From the NCBI GenBank assembly GCA_013239625.1, contig MU057357.1, forward strand, positions 55,278,515-55,342,514: 64,000 nt of DNA, given 5' to 3'. Origin of the DNA: Lama guanicoe. Taxonomy: Eukaryota. Within the stretch, counting starts at the first letter, position 1, and every line of letters begins with the position of its first letter. Under the pieces are notes generated by a model. That model did no database searches, was not told the DNA's origin, and saw only the letters and a program-made list of their open reading frames with translations. This document shows positions 36,791-48,950 of this stretch, piece by piece. A program made the position numbers and the translations under genes.

Positions 36791-37566
36791 CTTCTTTAAA
36801 CTACCTCAAACAATGCGCATGAGAAAGAAGAAATTCCTAAAATACTAAAAGTGAAACAATAATTCACTTAATTCAATTTCACTGACAGGCCAAATAATCA
36901 AGAACAGCTTAAAAGGCACAAAGAATTGTATACCCACTTCAGGATATTTTGCGGAACTCAAAACCACTGACCGTTCTGTCCAGCAAGACACACCAGTTCA
37001 CTATCATTAGCCTGACCCCATAAAACTCCTACTAAGTATAAGGTAGGCAAAGTGGGAGACAGAAAATGTCACCGATGTACTCCACGCTTACATCATGAAC
37101 CTCTGTATGTAGACATGGCTACAGTAAATAAATTATTAGACAGTTCAGACAAGTAAGAAGTATCCAAATAGTTACTTTTCCCCTTTAAGATATGCTTTTA
37201 TCTTACTGTATCATTAGCAGCCAAAAAATAAGCCAATCAGAAGCCAAGATTTTGCATGCTATTGAATTCTACTATCATTTTAGTCATTAAAAGGCACATT
37301 TTAAGGTACAAATTTCTAAACAGACTCTTCATGGCTAATTCTTGCATCTGTACTTTTGTTTTATTGTTGTGTTGCTTCTCTTTTTTTTTTCTCTCTAGAC
37401 TGCTTTTACTATCAGCCAAAGGCTGAAATTCAAAGGTAAGATTTCTTTGGAAAGGTTATGGATAATGTCTGGGTACTAATGTAACACTTGGAATCTTCAT
37501 GTGATTAACTGAGCACAAGGTTCTAGGGAAAAAGTTACGATCATAAAGCTCATTCACGTTCCAGGG

Positions 37567-38075
37567 TGAATTCATTTCTTAGTGCTTCTGTAACAATTAC
37601 CACAAATATAGTAGTTTAGAACGAATTTATTATCTTACGGTTATGTAACCCAGGAATCTGAAAAGGGTCTCTCTGGGCTAAAACCAAGGTATCGGCTGGG
37701 CTGTGTACCTTTCTGGAGGCTTTAGGGGAAAATTCATTTACCTGCTTTTTCCATCTTCTAAAATCTATCTTAATTCCTTGGTTCATGGCCCCCTTTCATC
37801 TACAAAGCCAGCAATGTGGTTGAGTCTTTCTCATCGCCTCATCACCATGACACTGACCCTCCTGCTTTTCTCCTCCACGTTTAAGGGCCACTGTCATGAC
37901 ACTGGGGGCCCCAGATAAGTCAGGATACTATCCTTCATTCAAAGCCAGCATATTAACAACCCGATTCCATCTACTTCCTTAATTCTCCTTTGCTTTGTGA
38001 TGCCACATAATTAGAGGTTCTGGGAGTTGAACGTGAACATCTCTGAGGGAGGGGGGCATTATTCTACCGACCCGA
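37567..38075 (-). mobile_element. MaLR solo LTR (MLT1D-like)
   Basis: CTGTAACAATTACCACAAA...CTGGGCTAAAACCAAGGTATCGG...TTCTGGAGGCTTTAGGGGAAAATTC...GGGGGCATTATTCTACC. Confidence 0.85.
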
Positions 38076-39875
38076 AGAGGCCGTTCTTCCCTTGCCATTC
38101 AGAAATCATTCATATGAATCACTGAAGAATGTTCTTCGAAAGAAAAAAATATATTTAAAACATTGAAAACACTCCCCCAATTCTATATATTTAAACAGAA
38201 TATACCAAACAATACAGGAGGCTGAGGGTGGTTACTGATTCAATAAGTAATACTACCCCTTTCCAACATCTTAATACCATGCAGAGCAATAAAACGTATC
38301 AGGTCACTGGCAGGGAATGGGAGGGGAGAAAAGTGAAATGGAAACAAAAGATAGAGCGAATCTGTCAGAGTGACAGAAAAGAGGAAGACGAATTATGAAT
38401 TTCATAAGATTGTTGATGGTTATCTGGCTTGCACCTGGTCAGTAATTTTTGACAGCAAAGTCAACCTGACTAAACCAAAACATGCACGTGATGTTGACTA
38501 AAACGGAAAAAAAAATTAAAGAACATTTGCTTAAGTTTGACACAGCCATGCAAGTGCTCACACATGTATTCACAAAGGCCAGGAAGACGCAATCAAAGGA
38601 ATACGACAAGCCCTACTGCAAGTCAGTCCACACACTCGCAGTGAGAACTGCTTGAAAAGACCCTACTTACACAAAATGTTTTTACTTATGTGCATTATGT
38701 ATGAAGATGTATTTGAAGGGCTGGATCTACTATTTTGATCCACCAGACAAATGTAGCTCATACCCCAACTGTATCTTTCCAATTCGATGATGTGGGGGCA
38801 GGGGGAACAGTTGAAAAGACTTCTTGAAAAATTTCTTTGGAACATTTAGAAACTGAGTGATTGGTATGAGCGATGCCATCTTAAAACAGAACCCCAGAAC
38901 ATAATTCCACTTTTACAAAGAATCTTTTTGTGTGTGTGTGGAAGGATTTTTCCTATTTATTACCAATGGATTGCTAAAAAAATGAGTATACAAGACAAAC
39001 GATAAAAGTTCAGTAATATTATGGAACATTGCTTAACATTTAATATGTCTTTTCCCGGTGTGATCATCATTTTACTATAGCCATTTTTTAAACTAACATT
39101 GTAGATATTTATGTATCTTTTCTTCAGTGAGACTAGGATATTAATCAGTATCATCACGAATAATTTTGTAAAGTACTTATTTGTCCTTACTAAATCCTAC
39201 AGTAGAGATATGATCACATGATTGAAAGAATGTTTTTCGTATTAGGTTTGTGAGTATTTCAAGAATGGAAAAAACATGTTTTACTAAATGTTAATGGTTT
39301 GAAAATTACCATGAAATAGCTGAAATCTTTAGCTTCAAAAGCACTAAATTTAATTAAGTAGTTTATAAATTAATTCATTAATCATATGTATATCACTGTA
39401 TTCTGTGCACTTCTTTACTATGACCAATAGTGAACAACTGCTTTTGTTCAAGCTCCTTCCCCATTTATTCTCTAAACTTCCAGGCAGAAAGGGAGGTTGA
39501 GAAAGGAAACCTGGAGAAAAGAGGCGAGCAGAAGCCCTGAGAAATCCTTTCTACTTTTAAAAATGCTCATAGCCTGAAAAAAATTATTTTCCATTTCCTG
39601 TTTGCTATGAACTACAAAACAAAATAAGAAAAGAGCAAGCTCAGTATTTTGGAAGGAATTCTTGTTTGCCTCACAGACAATCAAGTGGACCTGAACTGCC
39701 TTATCTCCCTCCCTCCAAGTACTTCTTTCCATCATCTCCCAAAGTTGTCCTGGTCTAAGGTCTTGTCCTTTCAATGTTCTTTGCAATTACTTATGCCCAA
39801 TCATTTAGTAGAAAAGTTCTGTAAAATTCCAAAGAGACAATAAACTGAATTTCCTTGTTTCTAAAATGAATGTTG

Positions 39876-40063
39876 CAGTGTAAGCGGTTTTATTTTGGGT
39901 GATGGAAATGTTTTGGAACTAGACAGAAGTGGTATTTGCACAACATTGTGAATGTACTGAATGCCACTGAATTGTTCATTTAAAATGGTTAATTTATCTA
40001 AATTGTGAATTTCACCTCAGTAAATTATTGAAATTTTAAAAGTATGGAAAAAATTAAAAAATA
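39876..40063 (+). mobile_element. L1MB-type 3' end with probable TSD
   Basis: GGGTGATGGAAATGTTTTGGAACTAGA...ACAACATTGTGAATGTACTGAATGCCACTGAATTG; flanked by AAAATGAATGTTG (39863-39875) and AAAAGAATGTTG (40064-40075). Confidence 0.85.
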
Positions 40064-43000
40064 AAAAGAATGTTGTATTACACAATCACATTTATAAAAA
40101 TGTATTCTTAATTCAATTAGTATATTGAATGAAATAGGATTATTTGATTATTTGGGTGATGACTTTATCTCACAGAATTTGTTGTAAATCTTTTCATTTT
40201 TAGCGGTTTGTGACACTTAGGAGAGGGAAAAAAATAAAGAAACTTATGTACTGAGGAAACATCTAATGTAGAAAAAGATCAAACCCAATTCTGTGAAGCA
40301 AACAGTCCTGTAATACAGGACTATGATAAAAATAACATAAATGAGTGGTTTAGCAAAAACTCTTCTGTAAAATACTGGTTCCTGAATAGCAAAGTAAACT
40401 AAACTGCCCAAGCTTCTTTGAAATCACTTTTTAAAATTTTACCCAACGGGAAAGACAATTCTGTGATATTCAATAAGTATTATGAAGAAGGAAATTCTTT
40501 CATCTTAGCAGAAAGTAAAATTCACAAAAATACAATTCAGTGGGAGAAGATAAAAAAGACAGAGGAATAGCTTCATGCGATGTTCATCTGCATTTAACAA
40601 TAAGAAAGTGCCCAATTATTACATTGTCATTAAAAAAGATAAAAATAGGTGACATCCTAAAAAGCTAACCATAGTTTAAAAAGATAGCCTTGCATTTGTT
40701 TTTTCTAACAAGTTCAGGATTCTAAGTTTTTCCATGTATTACACAATTGCTTCCACACATTACTCATAAAATTGGTAATCTGAAGTGGAGTTGTTGATGT
40801 CCAGCAATAGTTACAGAGTTCCCACCTGATTTAACCATTTCATCAAAATATTTGCCCTTTTATTACTACAGTTAGTTTTCAAAACAATGAAAACACATTA
40901 GTGCTCTAAGAAATAAATATTCACCAATAATAATTCATTTAAATAATTAAATCCTAAAATAAGTCAAAGTTGTTGCAATAAATTAGTCAGTTCTGAATAT
41001 AAAACTCTAAGCCAATCAATTATCTTACTTTGGGAATCTGTATTATTGAGGTTTAATAAAAATTTTCAGGTATATAAACATTTGAAGCAAAATGTTAATT
41101 TACCCATCTGACCATAAATTACTTCATTGAAACACTGAAGCAATGCAAGTGGGTAAGGGTAGCCTTCTTTACCCAAGTGCTGTTAAATGAGCCTTGCAGA
41201 TGGAATGAAGCAGAGTTTACAAGCATGGAAATTAGTTTCCATTTGAGGGAATTAGTTCTACTCTATACAATTTCCTTCAAAGCATTTGTCCTGGGCCAGT
41301 GATTTTTTTTTCCATTTTGAGGATATATATCATTTCAGAAATTGTGCTGAAAGCAAATTATGATTGGCAAATGATAGTTGGTATACTTGGAGGTGATTAA
41401 AATATTAAATTTTACTGTCTAAATTGTTTTGAATTTAATAAAATAGTAGGCCAATATCCATCTTTTGCCAACTTAATGCAACAAAACTACATTCAATGAT
41501 GTTTTCTGCAGCTCACTGAAATGCCATAAATGGAAATATGAACTCTTAGGAAAGGACAGGATTAAAGAAAACACTCCAGCAATTATACATGGGTGGAATT
41601 AACAGCCATATAATAAGTATTAAAATACCCAAAGAGTAATGAAATTGTATCTAAGAAAAATCATTCTCTGACAAAGTCTTAAAGAAATAATGCAACATCT
41701 CATAATGACGACATGAATGTCCTTAGCATGTATAATCTACATATTAAGACATCCTCACAAGTATGACTATTAGACATTTAATCACTTTAATAACCCTTTA
41801 AAACTTTTTAAAGTGCATATACGAAAAGTGTGCAACCAAAAGAGGAAAGTCTGAATTATTAAAATAACATCAAGATACAGAATACTAGTGGTATCCACAT
41901 CAGAAATAAAGGTGTTAATTGAAACATGACTTCACATAACTCTCAGTTCAATGGTTCTTGACACGTGGGAGAGAGAACTTGGCGGCACCATGGATCTGCT
42001 CAGAGCTGAAAATCAGTATTCCAAAAGTGAATTTCATCTCTGGATCATCAAGTCTCTATCCAAACTCTAGGCACCTAATATCCTAATGCTGCCTTTAAAC
42101 TACTCCCAAATTCCTATTTTCAGAATGGCATTTAAGCCAACCAGCTGGTAAAATAGCCTACAGTCCAAAGGTAAGCCAGACTTAACAAGCACCTCTCACA
42201 CACACACAGTCTTAAAATTCATATTTTGGTGCTACCTCCAGCAGTTACCAAAAAGAAAGCAATCCCATGGTGTCATGCTTAGAGGAGCTCCAGGAAACCA
42301 TTCAAGGAGCTGTCTGCATATTAAAAGCAAAGACTAAGTACATTAAAATAAGTAAAGCAACTAATATAAAATGAGAATTTAATTTCAGTAGTTAAAATAT
42401 GTCATTTTCCTCATATTAAATGTGGTAACTTTTAATCCAGTGTCTCTTTTTAGGTTCCATGCTTACTTCACTCTACTGCTTTGTCCCAATCTACTCACTG
42501 GAATTTACCACCCCACTGTCTAAGAGACAATAAACTGTATCTTAAAAAAGCATTAAATATTTTGAAGATTTTCCTAGGAATAAAAATAAGGTAGATTTAA
42601 ACTTAGAAATCTGATTTTAACACAATACTGAGTTGGTAAAAGTATTTTTGAGAAAAAAAAAAGTCATCATTCTTAGTCAACTGCACAGCTTGAATGGTTA
42701 AAACTTCCTGAGCTTTTTTAGCTAAACACTGGGATGGGTAAAGCAAGAAGGCTTAAAAAGATTGCCACTCTCATTCCTGATCTGTTCCTCAAGAAATGGC
42801 CTCTGAAAACGAAAAGTTTAAGAGAATAATTCAGAATGATTCTCAGCTTTCAGACTGCTCTGATTTTTCTGAGTTAACGCTTAAAATCAATCAAACACTT
42901 TTGACATGCTTTTGCTTGCTAAAGTACACTTTCTTTTCCAACAATTAAGGGAGAGTAATAAAGAAAGTTAAAAAGGTTAAGATGATCACTCATTATCGTA

Positions 43001-46000
43001 ACTTCAGAAATCATATTTCAAGAACAAAACCAATTGTTAACATAGATTTTATATTACTTTGTTTCAACCATTCCAAATTCCATGAAGCATTTTTCATCCT
43101 CATGAATTGTACATTAGAATTTTAGAAATTTCTTTATTCCAGCAGAATGCAACAAATTAAAAACATAAACTGAAATAAGGGGAAAAAATGTTGCCACAGT
43201 CATTCTCAGCTTTTATCTCTTGTTCTCTCTCTCTTTTTCAATGTACCATCCCAGGGAGAAAATAAATGCAAGGATATGCAAAGAGGGGAATGAGACTGAT
43301 CCGCTCAGTACATTATTTGGTATATAAAATACAAAAATATTCCTGCCTCTTTGCAAACAATTTTAAAAACTTTAATCTCTGTTTAGATTTCATGCTAAAT
43401 TCAAATTTTCATTATCAATGACCAGTTAATGTCAATGTTGGCTTATTACCTCACTTGAAAGCAGTCATCTTTCTCATCATTGATTTATATATTTTCAGCA
43501 TCTTGACATAGATTTTCCTTCACTTCCATCTTGGCCATCTGCTTCCAGCACACATGGGGCTAAATGTCCACAACCCCATGTGGTTTCTCTGATTAATCCC
43601 AAACATAAACAAGAGGAATCCAAACTAGTATATTATTCCAATACCTTGTAACAAGTTATCCTTGGTGTGAAGCTGCCACTAATTCTGTGCTCCAAATTCT
43701 TTGTCTAATAACTTGTACAGCCCACCTGGCTAGGATCAGTTCCTCCTGTAAGGATAAGAGGAATCCAACCCCTGACCTCAAAGTAAGGCTGTGGTCTTGC
43801 CACTGATCAACAACATTGTCTGGTACATAGAGTCTACTTGCCTCTTGAAAAGTGTTCGTGTATTTTCCACTGGACTCTCAGAGCACAGTGACCATGTTGG
43901 ATACAGCTGATAACAATGTAATGGAGATCAACTGCTTGATAACTGGCCCACGGTATAGTGGGTTCTGTCCTTCGGAATACTCTGCCTCTCAGTTCCCGTA
44001 GTTGGTCTGTCCTATTCTGCCCCTTAATTTTACCTTTTACAGTTATCTGACCCCAGTCACTTTAAACTTTCCTGTAGATTCCTTCTTACTGCCATCAAGT
44101 CAGCTTTCCACAGTATCACTCCATGTTCATAAAGCAACCCCCAATATTTTTATCTAGTACTTTCACAATTTCATGTTTTTATATTTGATAGGTTTGCAAT
44201 TTATCTCTTGTATGTAAGGTATAGATCCAAATGTATTTTCTTTCTCAGATGACTGTTTACTTATCCCAACATCATTTATCAAAAAGCCTTTTATGGGGGG
44301 AGAGGGGAAGGGGAGAATAGACTCAGTAGTGTTTTGTTTTGTTTTGTTTTTCCTTCTTCTGAACAAATTATTTTTAACAAATTACTTTAAAAATTTATCT
44401 TATTGAGACTTGCTGCTTATGAAAGGAGATTTAATATTTAATGATCACAAATTTACCACATAAATCAAATTCTGTTGGTGCCTTCAAAAGTATGGTTTCA
44501 GTATGTTGCACTAAGGGAGCAGTCATCCAGAGACACGAATAGGGAAAACAAAACTACTTCTAATAAACTAGTTAATGAAAATTGCAGGATCTCTATGAAT
44601 CCTTATGATTCCTAACTTACTCCTAACTCACTACCTCCCCAACACTTCACAACAACAATAACAAAAACAATATTTTAAATATAATAGCAATGGAATGAAT
44701 AAAATAGTAGAACACAACCCTCTTAAGTCAGAAAATTATCTGGTTAGCAATGGTATAAAATAATCACTAAACAATAATACATCCCTAAACCATTGCAGGC
44801 AAGAAAGAGAAAGGGGGGGAAAAATAGAGGCAAAAAAACTCTATTATCTCAGTTCCTTCAATCTGCCAAATCTGCTGCTTCCACTTTCCAAGAGCTGCGT
44901 TGGAACAGAATTTAGGAACTAGGAAGGTTTCCACCATCATGAATTCTACTCGTCTTTCCAAGAAGTCTCAGTGACATAAATCCTTAACAAATTAGTTTGG
45001 TGCACAATATCTGGGATTTCGAAGACGGTTGTTGAGAGAGCAGTGAAATGCAATGACAAGAACTAATGGAGAGGGCATAAAAAAGCAAAAAATTATTATA
45101 ATTTTTGCAAATATGTTTAATACTGAGAATTGTAAATGACTGAATTTCCTCCAAATGACATACTTCACTCCTCAGTTCAAGTGTGGAACTCATTTTTAAA
45201 TTTTATCAATCACTGTATTACTTTTCCAGAATTACTGATAATACAAGTCTGCAGATATAACCACCTTACTGAAAAATTCTTTTAAAAGGCTTAAACTTAT
45301 TACTGAAAATTTCTGTATTAGAACTACCAGTGGAGGAATGATATGAATAGGCAAAGTTTATTAATAGTTTCAGGATTCATAAAATTTCCCTTTCATCCTG
45401 TCTGTAGTAATTTATATAATCACAGGCTGATGGGATTGGTATATAGAGTCTATTGCAAATGTAAAGAATATCTGAGCAATTAAATAGGATTTGGACTTTC
45501 AGCTAAAATAAATTTGCTTTAATTATAATGGCATTTATGCAATCTATGGCACAATTTAGTGAAAGCACAATTTACTGCAAAAGCAAAAGTAAGGAGATTT
45601 GGAGTTTAATTAAAAGTGATAGTTAAGGCCTATTTCAAATAACCTCTTATAAGAAACTTATCTAGTAGAGCCAAGATATTAATAACCTATGAGTAGCTTA
45701 GTAACCCTCTGGTAGATACAATGACAAGGCCTAACATATACTTAAAACAATAGCCCAGTTTCAGCATTACTAGACGGTCCCTATGAAAATGAAAAATATA
45801 CATAATGATGGATTGTTTCTACTAAAATTTCTTCTTTCTATTTTGAGTAACCTAGAAAATCCTCTAAAATCAATCTCATTTTCTTTGATGATTGAGCTTC
45901 AGCTTAACAGCAGAAGAAAATTTGCAACCCATGTCCATCTTAAGCTTCTTATCACATATTCTTTTACAAATCATAATGATGTATCACGTCAAAGATTTTA

Positions 46001-46199
46001 TTCACTTCTTCTGGATACCACGTTAGTGTCTAAGTCTTATTAAGTAGCCACAGACAAGGGACTAGATTCATTCTGGTAGTGGCACATAAAAGAAATTAAA
46101 AAGACATTCTATAACGTATTCAAGCTTTTAATAACTAAGCAAAATTCTCACAAAATTGTCAGAAATGTGAATCCCGAAGTTACTAACGTAAATGCAATG

Positions 46200-46350
46200 G
46201 ACTGGGTATTTTCATGATTTTATTTCGTCATCACAACAGTTCCACAAAGTTTTGGAATTGTCCTCGTGTAACAGATGAGGAAACTGAGGCCTGAAGAAAT
46301 TAAATAATCTGCCTGAGCAAATAAGTCAAAGTAGAATGGAGAATTCTCTG
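46200..46350 (-). mobile_element. MIR/MIR3 SINE
   Basis: ACAGATGAGGAAACTGAGGCCTGAAGAAATTAAATAATCTGCC. Confidence 0.7.
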
Positions 46351-47058
46351 TACTTTCCTATAGACCACCTGCAAGGAACCCATTCCCTCTCCGCCCCACA
46401 ACCCCTTTCTTTTAAAGCTCCCCGGCCCTTTCAATAACCAGTGGAGGTTACTTACAATATTTTTCAAGTCAATACCCAATGTAACATAACAGCCACAGCT
46501 TGAAAGGATCTCATTTATTTTCATTTCCAATGTGTTTCTTCTTTTTGACACTATTTCCCTTTGTGCAGCTCTCCAGGATTAGAGCCCCTCTTAACCTACC
46601 CCTCTGTGCATCTCTTGACTGTTTATACACAAGATCTTATTTGTTTCTGCAAACAACCCCTGGAGATAGGAAATATTATAAATCCTATTGCACAAAAAAA
46701 GGGAAACCAAGATCCCAAAAGGTGAACTGGCTTTGCTGGGAGCACTTCTGCAAACAAGTAAGTGTCGGATCTTCAACATCTAGTCCAGAACTTGATTATT
46801 ACAAATAACTGCCTCCTTCATCTTCAACCAGGCTTAAAAATCTGGCCCCACTCTCTGAGGGGCACCTAGATACATAACTGATGCACAACTGGTAAGACTG
46901 AACCACTTGTACATGTCTCTATTCCTAGGTCCATCTCACTAAAATAAACTTTTTAAAGTAGATACAGCATTTGTTACTTGATACATAATACTAAAAAGGC
47001 ATTTTCTTCCTCACACTGAATCATACCAGAGCCTTGCAAGCAATTTCTTCAGAAGGCA

Positions 47059-47509
47059 TGCTTATTTTCTATTTCTGCTGTAACAAATTACCACAAATTT
47101 AGTGGCTTAAATCAACACAGATTCATCATGTTACAGGTCTGGAGGTCAGAAATATAAAACCAAGAAACTAGTAGGACTGAGTTCCTTCCAGAGGCTCTAA
47201 GAGAGAATCCATTCTTTGCCTTTTGAAGCCTCTAGAGGCTACCTGCCTTCCTTGGCTGGTGGCCACATCAATTTAGTCTCTACTTCCCATCAGTTACAGT
47301 CTTTCTCTGCCTATGACCCTCCTCTTTAACTTATATAAACCCCTGTAATGACATTGGGCCCATCTGGCTAAACCAGGATAATCTCCCCATCTCAAATTCT
47401 TAATTTATACATTTGCAAAGTCCCTTTTGATGTATCAGGTAATATACTCATGGCTTCTGCAGATTATTATGACATAGACATCTGAGGAGCCACTTCTCTG
47501 CCTACCACA
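47059..47509 (-). mobile_element. MaLR solo LTR (MLT1C-like)
   Basis: CTGCTGTAACAAATTACCACAAATTTAGTGGCTTAAA...CTGGAGGTCAGAA...CCAGGATAATCTCCCCATCTCAAA...CTGCCTACCACA. Confidence 0.9.
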
Positions 47510-47751
47510 AAAGGTAAATTTTAAAAGCAAGCATAATAAACAACCACATTTTACATTATTTTCATAGGCTTTGATATAGTACTTTAAGAAGTTAAAAAAA
47601 AACTAATCTGATTCATATTTAACGGTAAAATCTAAAAGTATTCTTTTTAAAGTACAGAATAATAATAAAGTCAACAAATATCGCCTATTTATTCAATATG
47701 CATGAGTGTACTGAAAAGCATAATAAAACAAGAAAAAAATTTCAGAACATA

Positions 47752-48454
47752 TGAGACAGGAGGGGATGGAGCAGGGCACAACCATTAAAGAATGACATAG
47801 CAATTAGCACCAAGATGGCAGAGAATTCAACTTCCAATAGACCTTGAGGCCCAAGATGGTGGGAGATTTGACTTCCAGCAGACGTTGAGCTTCATTTTTT
47901 GCTCATCATAATATATCAGAATGACACTCCCACAGGCACCATGACAGCTCCAAGGTTGACAATTAAAGGTCAAAAAGTGGGTGGTGGCCCAATTCCTGGG
48001 AATTCCCGCCCCTTCCCCAAAGTGGTTGGAATAATCCTCCCACTAGTTAGCATATGAAGTAATCCAGCTCATAAAAACCAACAACCATCGAGGCCTTTCT
48101 CTTGCCTTCCGGGAAGGCCCACATTCTGTCTGTAGAGTGTATCTCCCAGGCCTCCACTGCTCTCCCTTCTGAGTGAGCTGGCCTGCACTCTGTCTATGGA
48201 GTGTGTATCTACTTTTACACTAAAATAAACACCTGTCCCCATGCCTCATGGCCTCTCTGGCCTTCTGAGATGACATATACTCTGTCTATGGAGTATGTAT
48301 CTTTCCGAATGAACCTACCTTCACTCTACTATATCCCATTCTTGAATTCTTTCCTATGCAAAGCCAAGGACCATCACTTGGCGGGGTGTGTCCCAGGGAC
48401 TCGACCAAGACCTAGGACATAGCCATCCTCTCATGCCCTATTTTTCCTATATTG
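47752..48454 (+). mobile_element. ERV1-like solo LTR (probably cetartiodactyl/camelid lineage) inserted in an old L1 fragment
   Basis: TGAGACAGG start, duplicated U3 units, GC box CCCGCCCC, TATA-like CATAAAA (~48070), AATAAA (48224), U5-like CTTGAATTCTTTCCT...AAGCCAAGGACC; 3' end uncertain. Confidence 0.75.
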
Positions 48455-48459
48455 TAAGC

Positions 48460-48950
48460 AGGTGGATATTATGAAGATTACAAGTCTCCCTAAACAATAT
48501 TATGAAAGTTACAAATCTCCCCAAATAAGTCTAAAGACTCAATGGAATTCCAATCAGCGTTCCAGTAATTTTCTTCCTAAAATTTGATGAACTGATCTAA
48601 ATTTTCAAAACATACAGTGAAGTTTTTTTAAATAAAGCAAGTTGCAAATGATGTAATTTGGTTATATTTTAAAAATAGAATAATCAAATTTATTTTTATG
48701 AATTGACACAAATATGATGAAAATAAAAATCTATGCATGGTATTGATACCTATCATTTCAGAATAGTAATTTCCTTGGAGGAAGGAAGAAGAGGAAAGAA
48801 AAGTGTAGTTAGTTAGGACTTAGTGATTTATATTTTTAAAACACAATTTCACATAAACATTTCAAAATGTAAAGAACTGTTAAAATTGGATAATGGATAC
48901 ACAAATATTTTTTCTTATCCATATGTTTGAAATATTTTATAAATAAAAGT
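48460..48950 (+). mobile_element. L1ME-class fragment (continues 47560-47750 on the other side of the LTR)
   Basis: CTCAATGGAATTCCAATCAG...AAATTTGATGAACTGATCTAAATTTTCA; 3' end TATGTTTGAAATATTTTATAAATAAAA. Confidence 0.6.
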
